Positions 20,312 to 30,762 of a DNA stretch of 64,000 nt are shown in pieces. Within the stretch, counting starts at the first letter, position 1. The number at the start of each line of letters is the position of its first letter. The position numbers and the translations under genes were made by a program. Under the pieces are notes generated by a model. That model saw only the letters and a list, made by a program, of their open reading frames with translations. It did no database searches and was not told the origin of the DNA. The stretch covers positions 188 through 64,187 of the forward strand of contig CAYUWG010000016.1 in the NCBI GenBank assembly GCA_964448285.1, given 5' to 3'. Origin of the DNA: an uncultured Chromatiales bacterium (GTDB lineage Bacteria; Bacteroidota; Ignavibacteria; SZUA-365).

Positions 20312-20329
20312 GAGCGTCAGCCCCACGTT

Positions 20330-20445
20330 TGGAACGCGTTTATTTGTCTCGCTATTCTGCGGAAGCGGTGGGAACGAGAGTGATGGGATGGAGTCCTCTT
20401 TACCTCTTTACTCTTTACCTCTTCACTTTTCAACTGCGATTCCCG
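20330..20445. repeat. Dispersed intergenic element, copy B (direct-repeat partner of copy A, in the convergent intergenic region after the T9SS gene)
   Basis: Sequence ...gcggaagcggtgggaacgagagtgatgggatggagtcctctttacctctttactctttacctcttcacttttcaactgcgattcc. Roughly 80% identical to copy A over ~85 bp, in the same orientation. Confidence 0.7.
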
Positions 20446-21760
20446 CCTCGTTCATAAGCGAACTGATGCGACGTGTTCTGAGGTCTTCTCGTTCAAAATA
20501 GACTTCACCTGACGGATAGAAGTCCATTCTACCGAATGTGGCGACTTTGCTGCCGTCGAAATAATCGGCTGTCGCAAGTATGGTTACCCAATCGGAGTGA
20601 TCGACGCGGTCAACGTCGAAGTAACTCGCGGTAAATCCAATTGAGCGCCCGAGAAAGTGATTCGAAAAGAGTGATGTCGGGACAAAGACGGTGATCTCAT
20701 AATGGCCGAGTTCGATAGTCCTGAATGCATGCTTTACTGAGGGACGTACCTTCCCGCCGGTCGATGGCATCCCGAATGGAAGCTGAACTTCCGGCTGCGT
20801 GTCCGCGGCATTTCCCATCAACACACGGACGAACAGGATATCGTCACCTTCTCCCATCCTCGCTTTCCCATTCACTTCGACCTTTCCCTTTCCACTGATA
20901 TCGAAAATGAGATCGAGCCTGTCCGGTTCGTCGATGTCTCTTTTACCGAGCAGGATATCGTCACGGATGGCTACCGTGATCTCAACGAACTGCGAATCGT
21001 ATCGCGAGGAGAGCGTCACCTCAGCATCATCCCAACCGGACCAACTGCTGGCGCCATGCCGTATCATGCGCATGTGCTGTCCACCAATTTCCGTGCGGAT
21101 GTCTGATGCGAGTTTCACCCCGGCAGGAAAGACCGGCAGTGCAAAGAATTCCTGCCTCATGAGGACTTTGTTGTCGCTTACGCGATAATACACTTCACTC
21201 GAACGCAACGTGCGATAATCATCCTGTGACTCGTATCCGATGGATGGCGATGTCTGGCCGATTCTCAAACGCTGGGTTTCCCAATGCATCATTTCTCGAA
21301 AGAGCGATGACTGAAACGAATAGCTCGAAATTTCCCAGTGATACTCGTCGAGTTTCTGTGTGATGGAACAAAGTCCTTGTTCGATAGAGAAGCCGACTTC
21401 AATCGGTTCGGTGATGTATCGGCGGAGCAAGGTCTGATCGAGTGTGAATTCCGCACCACGGTTGATGAAGAAGAGCACCGTCAATTCCTTGTTTCGTTTC
21501 TTCGAATCCTCGACGGAGACGACGACATCAGCGCCATCGTCGCCGGTAAAATCCCCGATGTCGAATCCATGCACTTTGCAGCGCGGAGGTAATTTTGATA
21601 TGATGCTCTGCAGCTTCGCTTCCGGAAAGATGTTGCGTAACGCTCTTGCAAGCACGACGACTCCGGAACTATCCGACTGAACAGAAGCGGGCAAGACCAA
21701 TGACGGACAAGCAATGATACACAGAACGATTATCATCCCGATTGCATGTTTTCTCATCAT
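20423..21760 (-). CDS. Secreted hypothetical protein (~445 aa)
   Basis: The ORF-track frame runs 20423..21913. The likely start is the internal MMRKHAIGMIIVLCIIACPSLVLPASVQS (signal peptide) at ~21760. The earlier 51 residues are not signal-like. No recognisable catalytic motif. Confidence 0.5.
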   Translation of the reverse strand: MMRKHAIGMIIVLCIIACPSLVLPASVQSDSSGVVVLARALRNIFPEAKLQSIISKLPPRCKVHGFDIGDFTGDDGADVVVSVEDSKKRNKELTVLFFINRGAEFTLDQTLLRRYITEPIEVGFSIEQGLCSITQKLDEYHWEISSYSFQSSLFREMMHWETQRLRIGQTSPSIGYESQDDYRTLRSSEVYYRVSDNKVLMRQEFFALPVFPAGVKLASDIRTEIGGQHMRMIRHGASSWSGWDDAEVTLSSRYDSQFVEITVAIRDDILLGKRDIDEPDRLDLIFDISGKGKVEVNGKARMGEGDDILFVRVLMGNAADTQPEVQLPFGMPSTGGKVRPSVKHAFRTIELGHYEITVFVPTSLFSNHFLGRSIGFTASYFDVDRVDHSDWVTILATADYFDGSKVATFGRMDFYPSGEVYFEREDLRTRRISSLMNEAGIAVEK

Positions 21761-23126
21761 AACTCCTTGCGCAGCCCAGAAAGGAGTCGCGCTCAAGTCT
21801 CTCCATGAATCGATTGAAAGAACGCTGCTGTCGCCACTGCTCGATTGCACTTTCGCCGGCATCGAAGTGAGTGACGTGGAAAGCGGCGAGATATTATTCG
21901 AGCAACATCGCATGCATTATTTCCGACCTGCCTCAACCACGAAGCTCGTGACGACGGCCGCGGCAGTGCTGCTGCTTCCTCGCGATTTCACATTCGAGAC
22001 GACGCTCTTCAGTTCACCGGAAACGGACACGGTCGATCTATGGATAAAAGGCTCCGGCGACCCACTCCTCACGCGTAATGAACTCCAGGCCTTCGCAACT
22101 GCTATGAAGGAGCAGGGTGTTCGCGCAGTGAGAGCGGTGCAATTCGATGGCAGTGTGTTTGATACGATAGCGTTCTGTAGCGGCTGGATGTGGGACGACG
22201 AGACGAATGCGACGACCCCGTACATTTCCGCATTCAACATCGATCGTAACCGCGTTGAAGTGACCGTAACAGCGTCATCGAATGGACAAAGCATCGATGT
22301 ATCCATCGAACCGAAAAGCAATGTGTTCACGATCGAGAACTCTGCATCTATTGGCAACGGAAAGCTGAAGATCGCACGTCGGGAAGGTACGAACGTGATC
22401 GTCGTGTCGGGAAACATCCGCTCTGGGGAGAAGCAATCGGAGCGCTTGAGTGTCTGGAAACCTGAGACGGTCTTCTTCGATGCGCTCAAGTCACACCTTG
22501 AAGCGGTCGGTATATCGCTTCCGTCCGAATTCCGGAACGGAAACATCCCTGAGCAAGCACAGCCCGTTTCAACGATCCGTCGCAGCATCGACGAAGTGCT
22601 TCGTGTGACGAACAAATCGAGTGACAATCTCTGCGCCGAGGTTTTAATGAAAACCGTAGCAGCTCTTTCAGGTACTGGAAGCACAGCGGCAGGTCTTTCT
22701 GCCGCCTTGAATGAATTACGCCGACATGGTGTCGATGCGAACGGGATCTCATTGGTCGATGGCTCGGGAATATCCTTTTACAACCTCATCACTCCTGCTG
22801 CTATGGGTTCATTGCTGAGGGTGATGGCTGGTGCAACGGGCTTTGAACGATTCAAAGGCTCACTCTCCGTCGGTGGGAAAGATGGCACACTGGCTACGAG
22901 ATTGAAAGGGCAACCGGATGACGTGGTCTTTGCAAAGACGGGGACGCTTCGCGGAATCAGCACACTTGCCGGTTACGTGGCTCCCAAAAAAGGAAAGCGG
23001 CTTGCGTTCGTTATCTCCTTTGAGAATTTTCTCGGTGAGCATAAACCGTATCGAGAATTGCAGGATAGGATCGTGCGTGCTCTCGTGGATTACAGTCGCG
23101 GCTCACGCACTACACGGTCTCGATAA
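21714..23126 (+). CDS. dacB: D-alanyl-D-alanine carboxypeptidase/endopeptidase (PBP4, peptidase S13)
   Basis: Signal peptide MIHRTIIIPIACFLIITPCAAQ. SxxK active site in RPASTTKLVTTAAAV. Length 470 aa and the C-terminal KTGTL-type motif (AKTGTLRGIS) fit PBP4. Confidence 0.8.
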   Translation: MIHRTIIIPIACFLIITPCAAQKGVALKSLHESIERTLLSPLLDCTFAGIEVSDVESGEILFEQHRMHYFRPASTTKLVTTAAAVLLLPRDFTFETTLFSSPETDTVDLWIKGSGDPLLTRNELQAFATAMKEQGVRAVRAVQFDGSVFDTIAFCSGWMWDDETNATTPYISAFNIDRNRVEVTVTASSNGQSIDVSIEPKSNVFTIENSASIGNGKLKIARREGTNVIVVSGNIRSGEKQSERLSVWKPETVFFDALKSHLEAVGISLPSEFRNGNIPEQAQPVSTIRRSIDEVLRVTNKSSDNLCAEVLMKTVAALSGTGSTAAGLSAALNELRRHGVDANGISLVDGSGISFYNLITPAAMGSLLRVMAGATGFERFKGSLSVGGKDGTLATRLKGQPDDVVFAKTGTLRGISTLAGYVAPKKGKRLAFVISFENFLGEHKPYRELQDRIVRALVDYSRGSRTTRSR

Positions 23127-23412
23127 GTGTGCGGTACTCGACCTTGCCATCCAAGATGAAGTCGTTGACGATGCGATTGATGAGTTGCTCGGTTACGTCA
23201 TCGGATTCTTCTTCGAGTTGGTCGTATTCATCCAGCGACTTGCAGATATAGACTTCGCTGAAGTGGTTCGGTTTTCCCTTGAGTTCGAAAACGGAATAAT
23301 CTTTTCCTCGTTCGATCGTGAGATAGTTTTTCAGCGCCTCTATCGTTTCGAGGTAGTCGGCTCGTGCTTCTTCTTTGATGGGATAGGAAATCGAAAATAT
23401 GACTCGTGGCAT
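23110..23412 (-). CDS. Small hypothetical protein (~100 aa)
   Basis: Start taken at the internal Met preceded by AAGGAG (MPRVIFSISYPIKEEARADYLETIEAL...). The longer ORF-track start would overlap pnp. Acidic C-terminus. Confidence 0.4.
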   Translation of the reverse strand: MPRVIFSISYPIKEEARADYLETIEALKNYLTIERGKDYSVFELKGKPNHFSEVYICKSLDEYDQLEEESDDVTEQLINRIVNDFILDGKVEYRTLIETV

Positions 23413-23461
23413 GTTGTACTCCTTAAAAAACATCGAGCGACGTGTTCGCCCGGTTCGATGA

Positions 23462-25621
23462 TCAATTGTTTCTTCGCTCTTTGTGACGACGTTCACCGCC
23501 GCCGTTGCGTCTCGGTTTCTCTTCCTCCTCAACGTACCCTTCGGGCTTCGGCAGCAGTGCCTTTCGACTCAAGCTCATTTTTCCGTTGTCTTCAACTTTG
23601 AGAAGCTTTACGGTAACAATATCGCCGACTTTCAAGACTTCATCCACGGTGTTCAACCGGCGGAATTCAATCTGTGATATGTGCAGAAGACCTTCCTTCC
23701 CCGGAAGGATTTCCACGAATGCACCGAAGTCCGTGATCTTCTTTACCGGCCCGGTGTAGATTTCTCCTTCCTCGGGCACGGCAGTAATTCGCGTAATCAT
23801 CGCTTTCGCTTTCTCGCTCGCCTCACCACTCACCGCTGCGATGATGATCTTCCCATCGTCGGATATATCGATTTCCGCACCGCTCTCTGCGACGATGCTG
23901 CGAATCACTTTGCCTCCGGGGCCGATGACTGCACCGATCAGATCGACCGGAATGTAAATCGTCGTCAAGCGTGGTGCGTATGGGGAAAGTTCTTCTCGCG
24001 CTGATGAAAGCGTTTGGTCCATGATGCCAAGAATATGCAAACGGCCTTCTTGCGCCTGAGCAAGCGCACGCTCCATAATGGCGAATGAGATACCCTTGAT
24101 CTTTATATCCATTTGGAAGGAGGTGATACCGTCCCGCGTGCCGGCAACTTTGAAGTCCATATCACCGAGATGATCTTCATTGCCAAGGATATCACTGAGG
24201 ATAGCGACATCATCACTTTCCTTGATAAGTCCCATTGCGATACCGGCAACGGATCTCTTTATCGGTACTCCGGCGTCCATTAGTGCAAGCGAGCCTGAAC
24301 ACACCGTCGCCATCGACGATGAACCGTTGGATTCGAGAATATCACAGAGGAGACGAATCGTGTACGGGAAATCTTCCTCCGAGGGGATGAGCGCTTTCAA
24401 CGCGCGCTCTGCGAGATTTCCGTGTCCGATTTCGCGGCGGCTCGTGAAACCGACGCGTCCGACTTCACCGACTGAAAACGGCGGGAAGTTGTAATGCAGC
24501 ATGAAGCGCTTGCGGGATTCGAGAAGCAAACCATCGATGATTTGCTCGTCGGCTTTCGTTCCTAACGTGCAGGAGTTCAGTGCCTGCGTTTCACCTCTCG
24601 TGAAAAGCGCTGACCCGTGAGTCCGGGGAAGAAGACCGACGTCGCAGGTAATCGGTCTGATATCTTTTACGCCGCGTCCATCCAAGCGCTTCCCTTTTTT
24701 CAGAATCGTCTCGCGCATTGCCTGTTTTTCGAAATCGTGGATGAGGCCATTGATTGCGGCATCCTGTTCGGGATAGTTCTCGGCAAGTGAAGCGATGACT
24801 TCGTCATAGACTTTCTGTGTTGCCTCACTCCGCTCTTGCTTCGTCAGTACGGTTGCAGCCAGAACTCCTAATTTTTCCCAGCAAAGCGACCTTACGGCAT
24901 CGACAAGACCATCCGGATACGCCGGAGCGCTGACTGCCATTTTCGGTTTGGGATTCTCGTTTGCAAACTCCCGTATCGCACCGCAGATTTTTTGTATATA
25001 CTCATGGCCAAATTTCAGCGCATCGAGCATGTCCGATTCGGATACTTCCTGTGATTCCCCTTCCACCATGATGATGGAATCGTCCGTTCCTGCTACGACA
25101 AGCTCGATATCGGAATCCTTCAATTGTGTATATGTCGGATTGATAATGAACTCGCCGTTGACGCGGCCAACCCGCACTTCTGCGACAGGACCATCGAACG
25201 GGGCTTCGCTTATCATGAGAGCGGCAGAGGCAGCGCATGCGCCAAGGACGTCCCCATCGTTCTCCTGATCGGATGAATAAACCGAAACGACGATTTGTAC
25301 TTCGTTGCGGAAGTTGTCGGCGAACATCGGCCTGATGGGCCGGTCGATAAGCCGAGCCGAAAGGATTTCCTTTTCGGAAGGCTTTCCCTCGCGTTTGAAA
25401 AAGCCGCCGGGAATTTTTCCCGCAGCCGAAATTTTTTCGCGGAACTCGACGCTGAGCGGGAAATAATCGATCCCTTCACGCGGGCTGTCAGCGGCAACGA
25501 CTGTTGCCAGTACGACGGTTTCACCAAACGTAATGAGAACGGATCCGCTCGCCTGACGGGCAAGCCTTCCGGTTTCGAACGTCATCTGTTTGCCGTCGAT
25601 TTCCAATGCTTTTTTTATCAT
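23462..25621 (-). CDS. pnp: Polyribonucleotide nucleotidyltransferase (PNPase)
   Basis: 719 aa. Two RNase PH domains, KH and S1 domains (GxxG: IGPGGKVIRSI; S1: GEIYTGPVKKITDFGAFVEILPGKEGLLHISQI). Basic C-terminal tail. Confidence 0.95.
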   Translation of the reverse strand: MIKKALEIDGKQMTFETGRLARQASGSVLITFGETVVLATVVAADSPREGIDYFPLSVEFREKISAAGKIPGGFFKREGKPSEKEILSARLIDRPIRPMFADNFRNEVQIVVSVYSSDQENDGDVLGACAASAALMISEAPFDGPVAEVRVGRVNGEFIINPTYTQLKDSDIELVVAGTDDSIIMVEGESQEVSESDMLDALKFGHEYIQKICGAIREFANENPKPKMAVSAPAYPDGLVDAVRSLCWEKLGVLAATVLTKQERSEATQKVYDEVIASLAENYPEQDAAINGLIHDFEKQAMRETILKKGKRLDGRGVKDIRPITCDVGLLPRTHGSALFTRGETQALNSCTLGTKADEQIIDGLLLESRKRFMLHYNFPPFSVGEVGRVGFTSRREIGHGNLAERALKALIPSEEDFPYTIRLLCDILESNGSSSMATVCSGSLALMDAGVPIKRSVAGIAMGLIKESDDVAILSDILGNEDHLGDMDFKVAGTRDGITSFQMDIKIKGISFAIMERALAQAQEGRLHILGIMDQTLSSAREELSPYAPRLTTIYIPVDLIGAVIGPGGKVIRSIVAESGAEIDISDDGKIIIAAVSGEASEKAKAMITRITAVPEEGEIYTGPVKKITDFGAFVEILPGKEGLLHISQIEFRRLNTVDEVLKVGDIVTVKLLKVEDNGKMSLSRKALLPKPEGYVEEEEKPRRNGGGERRHKERRNN

Positions 25622-25668
25622 TCTTTCCTTCTTCTTCTTTCTTCTGGTGTGTTCCTGAATGGAATTCT

Positions 25669-25938
25669 TTATTTCCGCAGGTCGAGTTCTTTGACGATCG
25701 TGCGATAGCGGTTGATGTCTTTCTTTTGAAGATATGCAAGCAAACGGCGGCGCTTCCCTACCATCTTGAGCAGTCCGCGACGGCTGTGATTATCCTTCGC
25801 ATGGGTATCGAAGTGACTGCTGAGTCCGTTTATCGTTTCCGTGAGCAATGCGATTTGCACCTCCGGTAACCCCGAGTTTTTTTCATTTCCGCCGAATTTT
25901 TTGACCAATTCGAGCTTGCGCTCTTGCGTTAATGCCAT
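25669..25938 (-). CDS. rpsO: 30S ribosomal protein S15
   Basis: 89 aa. [16 protein letters not shown]...[22 protein letters not shown] is canonical S15. Immediately upstream of pnp. Confidence 0.95.
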   Translation of the reverse strand: MALTQERKLELVKKFGGNEKNSGLPEVQIALLTETINGLSSHFDTHAKDNHSRRGLLKMVGKRRRLLAYLQKKDINRYRTIVKELDLRK

Positions 25939-25962
25939 TGTCTTTACTCCTGTTTGAATTTG

Positions 25963-26925
25963 TTAATACGTTTTTTCATGTACTTGAATGAGATCCAGCG
26001 CGAGTTCCTTGTCGCGGGCAATTTGCTCCACCAAAGCATCGCGCGATGGAAATCGAATCTCGTCGCGAATCCGTTGAAGAACCTCAACCTCCAACACGAG
26101 GCCATACAGGTTCTCATTGAAATCTAAAATATGAACTTCAACCGTTACGTCTCCCTGAACGGAGATTGTCGGTCTGCGCCCAATGTTCATCAGTCCAAAG
26201 AGTAAGGTATCGTTCCAGAGCACCCGAACGAGATACACTCCGATTTTCGGAAGAAGCTTTTTCGTGCTGTCGATATGGAGATTCGCCGTGGGAAAACCCA
26301 GTGCTTCACCAAGCCCCTGTCCTCGTTCGACAATACCGTGAATCAGGTACGGACGTCCCAGCAAGACATGGGCTGTATCGACATCCCCTGCCATCAACGC
26401 CTTTCGAATGATGGTACTGCTGATCTTTTTTCCTTCCAACTCAACATTGGGGACGACCGTCACACCGATTTCGTGTACACCGGCGAGTCTCTGCAATTCC
26501 TGAATGTGTCCCGACCGGCCTCGCCCGAAGGCATGATCGGAACCGACCACGATATGTGATGGATTGATCTTCCCGACAACGATAGATGCAAAATACTCTT
26601 CCGAATCGAGCATGGATAGATTGCGCGTGAACGGAAGAACGACACAATAATCGATGCCGAAATCCTGAAGGATACGGATCCGTTCTTCGATGGTCGTAAG
26701 GAGGTAAATCGGTTCACCTTCTCGAAAGATGACTTCCCTTGGATGCGGATGAAACGTGAGCAAAACCGATGGGACATCCGTTTCCTTTGCGGTGCGGAGC
26801 AACTCATCGAAGATCGTCCGATGACCGAGATGAATTCCATCGAACGTACCCATCGTCATAACAGGACGCAAGTCGCGCGGGAAATCTTCAATGTCCCTAC
26901 GCACTTGCATAAGCCATTCCTTCAT
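25963..26925 (-). CDS. ribF: Bifunctional riboflavin kinase / FMN adenylyltransferase
   Basis: N-terminal FAD-synthetase (TMGTFDGIHLGHR) and C-terminal riboflavin-kinase (GFPTANL..., PTISVQG) motifs. Confidence 0.9.
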   Translation of the reverse strand: MKEWLMQVRRDIEDFPRDLRPVMTMGTFDGIHLGHRTIFDELLRTAKETDVPSVLLTFHPHPREVIFREGEPIYLLTTIEERIRILQDFGIDYCVVLPFTRNLSMLDSEEYFASIVVGKINPSHIVVGSDHAFGRGRSGHIQELQRLAGVHEIGVTVVPNVELEGKKISSTIIRKALMAGDVDTAHVLLGRPYLIHGIVERGQGLGEALGFPTANLHIDSTKKLLPKIGVYLVRVLWNDTLLFGLMNIGRRPTISVQGDVTVEVHILDFNENLYGLVLEVEVLQRIRDEIRFPSRDALVEQIARDKELALDLIQVHEKTY

Positions 26926-27619
26926 GCTTGTACTGCGCGAGTCGTTCGATTGTCCAGGCTTCTTCGATATGAAAGAGACCGATTGCCGTACGCTGTAATG
27001 ATTTTAAGTACGCCCCACAACCGAGTGCCTGTCCTAAATCGTGAATCAAAGTGCGGACGTATGTTCCCTTCGAGCATCGAACACGGAATGTCACTTCCGG
27101 CAATTGCGCATCGAGAATGGTGAACTCGGATATCGTCACGGTGCGTGGGGATCTTTCTATTTCAACTCCTTTTCTCGCGAGCTTGTACAAACGTTGACCC
27201 TGAACCTTTACTGCCGAATACATCGGAGGAAGCTGCTCGATGGAACCGACAAATGAACGTGTTGCCTCAGTGAGCGTTTCTTTCGAGATTCCGTCGATCT
27301 TTTTTGTCTCGATAATCGGTGTATCTGCGTCGAAGCTCGTCGTCATCGCTCCGAGAATGCATGTTCCTTCATAGGTTTTTTCGAGCGCTTGAAAGAGGTC
27401 GATCTTGCGCGTCATTCTTTCGCTCGCAAGGATGAGAAGCCCCGTCGCAAGTGGATCGAGCGTACCGGCGTGACCGACTTTTTTCAAGCGGAACATCCCG
27501 CGGATTTTCTTTACCACGTCGAACGAGGTCCAACCTTCGGGCTTATCGACGAGCAACACTCCGCCACTTTCGGAACGAAACCGTTCTATGGTATTGAATC
27601 CGACGTCCTGTGCGTTCAT
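26897..27619 (-). CDS. truB: tRNA pseudouridine(55) synthase
   Basis: GVLLVDKPEGWTSFDVVKKIR...KVGHAGTLDPLATGLL carries the catalytic Asp motif of TruB. Confidence 0.9.
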   Translation of the reverse strand: MNAQDVGFNTIERFRSESGGVLLVDKPEGWTSFDVVKKIRGMFRLKKVGHAGTLDPLATGLLILASERMTRKIDLFQALEKTYEGTCILGAMTTSFDADTPIIETKKIDGISKETLTEATRSFVGSIEQLPPMYSAVKVQGQRLYKLARKGVEIERSPRTVTISEFTILDAQLPEVTFRVRCSKGTYVRTLIHDLGQALGCGAYLKSLQRTAIGLFHIEEAWTIERLAQYKHEGMAYASA

Positions 27620-27969
27620 CGATTCTCTTCCTCTTTATGAATCTGCGCAAACAGCTTCTCCATGCGCTCCATTCGCTCCATAGTCTCATCGATGAAGAAA
27701 CGGATCTCCGGTGTGAACTTCAACCGTACGGTTTTTCCGATCCACATTCGTATCGCTTTATTCTGCGTCTCCAGAAAGGCGAGAATTTCTTCATTCCTTT
27801 TCCCGGAGTGGTAGTGGCTGATATAGACTTTTGCAAGGCGGAGGTCCGGAGTCATGATGACGTCCGTTACGGTCATGAGACCGAAGCCGGACGTATCGAT
27901 CTCACGAGTCAGCATGACGCTGATCTCCTGCTTTATCAGGGCAGAAACACGACTTGTTCGAATGGACAT
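27616..27969 (-). CDS. rbfA: Ribosome-binding factor A
   Basis: 117 aa. RVSALIKQEISVML...TVTDVIMTPDLRLAKVYIS is the RbfA KH-like fold signature. Sits in the conserved infB-rbfA-truB context. Confidence 0.85.
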   Translation of the reverse strand: MSIRTSRVSALIKQEISVMLTREIDTSGFGLMTVTDVIMTPDLRLAKVYISHYHSGKRNEEILAFLETQNKAIRMWIGKTVRLKFTPEIRFFIDETMERMERMEKLFAQIHKEEENR

Positions 27970-30762
27970 CTACGAGGCAACCTTGTCGAGTGTGCGTTTC
28001 GTTTCGACTCTCTCGAATGCTTCAATGATATCGCCGATCTTCAGATCGTTGAAGCCGTCGAGGCTGATACCGCATTCAAAGCCCGCGTCAACTTCGCGCG
28101 TATCATCTTTGAAGCGCTTGAGTGAACTGATGCCGCCTGTAAAGACAACCATACCGTCGCGGATAAGCCGTATGCGGTTGTTTCGATGAATCTTTCCTTC
28201 CTGAACATAGCATCCAGCGATTGTCCCGACGCGTGAAATCTTGAACGTTTCCCGCACTAATACAGTGGCAGAAACCTTCTCGGAAATCATCGGCCTGAGC
28301 AATCCTTCCAGTGCGGACTTCACGTCATTGATCGCATCGTAGATGATATCGTACAGACGGATGTCCACGTTCTCCGCTTCTGCAAGACGGCGGGCGTTCA
28401 AATTCGGTCGGACGTGGAATCCGATGATGATTGCATCGGATGCTGATGCAAGCAGTACGTCCGATTCGGAGATACCACCAACGCCGGAGTGAATCACATT
28501 GATGTGGACTTCTTCATTCGATAATTTCATGAACGCATCGGAGAGGGCCTCGATCGAACCGTCAACGTCGCCTTTCACGATGAGAGACAGCTCGGAAACG
28601 CCTCCAATCTTTATCTGCTCAGAGATATCGTCCAATGTCTTCCGACGCATTCGCCTGAATTCCGATTCGCGCTTGATCTGCGTCCGTTCGCTTGCAATCT
28701 CGCGGGCATCGCGGTCCGACGGCAGTGCGACGAATACATCTCCAGCCTGAGGCATTCCGTTGAAGCCGAGCACCTGGACTGGCGTCGATGGCGGAGCTTC
28801 TTCGACACGATGTCCACGTTCGTCCAAAAGGGCACGTACACGCCCATATTCATTTCCGGCAACGAAGGCATCACCGACTTGCAACGTTCCTTTCTGGACG
28901 AGCACTGTTGCGATGATTCCTTTCCCCTTGTCAAGCTGTGATTCGATAACCCAGCCGCGCGCCTCTCTTTCCGGATTCGCTTTCAAGTCGAGGATATCCG
29001 CTTCAAGAAGGATGCGTTCGAGGAGATTGTCAACGTTCAGACCGGTCTTCGCTGAGATTTCTACCGCGCCATATCTTCCTCCCCACGCCTCGACGAGGAC
29101 GTTGCGCTCAGCAAGCTGCTGACGAATACGTTCGGGGTTCGATTCCGGTTTGTCAATCTTATTGATCGCTATGACCATCGGAACTTTCGCGGCTAATGCG
29201 TGACTGATTGCCTCGACGGTTTGCGGCATCACGCTGTCGTCTGCAGCAACGACGAGCACGACGATATCGGTGACTTGCGCTCCACGCGCACGCATTGCTG
29301 TAAAGGCTTCGTGTCCCGGTGTGTCAAGGAACGTGATCTTCCGACCGCTATCGAGCGAAACCGTGTATGCGCCGATGTGCTGGGTAATACCGCCGCTTTC
29401 ACCTGCGACGACATTCGATTCACGTATGTGATCCAGCAATGACGTCTTTCCGTGATCGACGTGTCCCATGATCGTTACGATCGGTGGTCTTTGCTCGAGG
29501 GTCTCCTCGGCGTCTTCCAAATCTTCAAGAACATCGTCGAGCGCTTCCTCATGCTGCTGAACGTCGAATCCGAATTCAGAAGCGACCAATGTAATCGTAT
29601 CGATGTCGAGACGCTGGTTGATCGAGGCCATCACGCCCATCCCGATGAGAGACGTAATCACTTCGCCCACATTGACGCCCATCAGCGAGGATATTTCTGC
29701 TACGGTTGCGTATTCATAGATATTGAGAGTACGCTTCTGTATTTTTGAGCGCTCCGATTCTCTGAGTTGCTCTTCTTCGCGTCTCGCTCTCTTTTTTCTT
29801 CGCAATGCAGCGCGTTGTGTACCGACGCCTCCGTCGCCCATCGAAGCGATCGTGCGCTTGATTGCACTCTGCACTTCAAGAGCATCGACTTCCCGTGTGC
29901 GTCCTTTCTTTGCGACTGTTTTCTTACCGCTGTCACTATCCTCTCCCTCAACCGGTTCGCCTTCACCTTCGACACGCTTCTTCTTCTTTTTCTTGTGCTT
30001 CGGTTTGTCAACGATGGACGTATCCCCTTCTGATGCAGCTGCCGGCGCCGGTTGCTCGACTTTTTTCGGTTCGAGTTCGATTTTCCCTTTTACCGTCAAT
30101 CCCATCTTCGGCATACTCGATTGGATGGATACGTCCAGGTCCTCGTGCTTCTTCTTGGCTTTGTCCTTCGCAGGTTTCTTCTTCGGCGCCTCATCTGGTG
30201 TGACTTCTTCTACAGCCTTTGCGATTTCCGTCGCTTTAGGAGGTGCTGCTTCAACCTCCGCTACTGAAGGTGTTTCCGTTTGCTCGACTATCGGCTGGGG
30301 GATTTCCTCAACGGGTTGAGCGGGAGCTTCAATTTCGACTTGATGAACTGGGACGATTTCTTCCTGCGGCTCTTCCGGTAATGGTTCTTCTGCAGGAACT
30401 TCCACCGGTATTTCCGGCGGCTTCTCTATCTCGACTTCAGCCGTCGGTACAGCCGGGGTTTCGTCACCCCGGCGCTTTCGGTCCTGCTCGTCATACTCCT
30501 TCTTCTTCCTTGCGTGACGTTCTGCGTCGGCGCGTTCCTTTTTGAAATGCTTTTCAATTGCTTCAAGCATCACATCGTCCACAATGGACATGTGATTCTT
30601 GACATCAAAACCTTTTTTCACAAGGAAATCGATCAGCGTATCGTGCGAAAGATTGATTTCTTTAGCGACTTTATAGAGACGTGTTTTTTGCTGCTTTTCT
30701 GACACTGATATCCTTGTATTGAGAAAACATTCCCATTGGAGAGGATTATTCCTCTTCCGCAA
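27970..30762 (-). CDS. infB: Translation initiation factor IF-2
   Basis: 930 aa. GTP-binding domain [12 protein letters not shown]...DTPGHEAF...NKID. Low-complexity acidic/Pro-rich N-terminal region. Confidence 0.95.
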   Translation of the reverse strand: MRKRNNPLQWECFLNTRISVSEKQQKTRLYKVAKEINLSHDTLIDFLVKKGFDVKNHMSIVDDVMLEAIEKHFKKERADAERHARKKKEYDEQDRKRRGDETPAVPTAEVEIEKPPEIPVEVPAEEPLPEEPQEEIVPVHQVEIEAPAQPVEEIPQPIVEQTETPSVAEVEAAPPKATEIAKAVEEVTPDEAPKKKPAKDKAKKKHEDLDVSIQSSMPKMGLTVKGKIELEPKKVEQPAPAAASEGDTSIVDKPKHKKKKKKRVEGEGEPVEGEDSDSGKKTVAKKGRTREVDALEVQSAIKRTIASMGDGGVGTQRAALRRKKRARREEEQLRESERSKIQKRTLNIYEYATVAEISSLMGVNVGEVITSLIGMGVMASINQRLDIDTITLVASEFGFDVQQHEEALDDVLEDLEDAEETLEQRPPIVTIMGHVDHGKTSLLDHIRESNVVAGESGGITQHIGAYTVSLDSGRKITFLDTPGHEAFTAMRARGAQVTDIVVLVVAADDSVMPQTVEAISHALAAKVPMVIAINKIDKPESNPERIRQQLAERNVLVEAWGGRYGAVEISAKTGLNVDNLLERILLEADILDLKANPEREARGWVIESQLDKGKGIIATVLVQKGTLQVGDAFVAGNEYGRVRALLDERGHRVEEAPPSTPVQVLGFNGMPQAGDVFVALPSDRDAREIASERTQIKRESEFRRMRRKTLDDISEQIKIGGVSELSLIVKGDVDGSIEALSDAFMKLSNEEVHINVIHSGVGGISESDVLLASASDAIIIGFHVRPNLNARRLAEAENVDIRLYDIIYDAINDVKSALEGLLRPMISEKVSATVLVRETFKISRVGTIAGCYVQEGKIHRNNRIRLIRDGMVVFTGGISSLKRFKDDTREVDAGFECGISLDGFNDLKIGDIIEAFERVETKRTLDKVAS

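Noticed and set aside
29723-30319. 198-aa plus-strand ORF antisense to infB, and 31097..31981 antisense to nusA
   Set aside because: They fall within highly conserved essential genes on the other strand. The translations are low-complexity and not protein-like.
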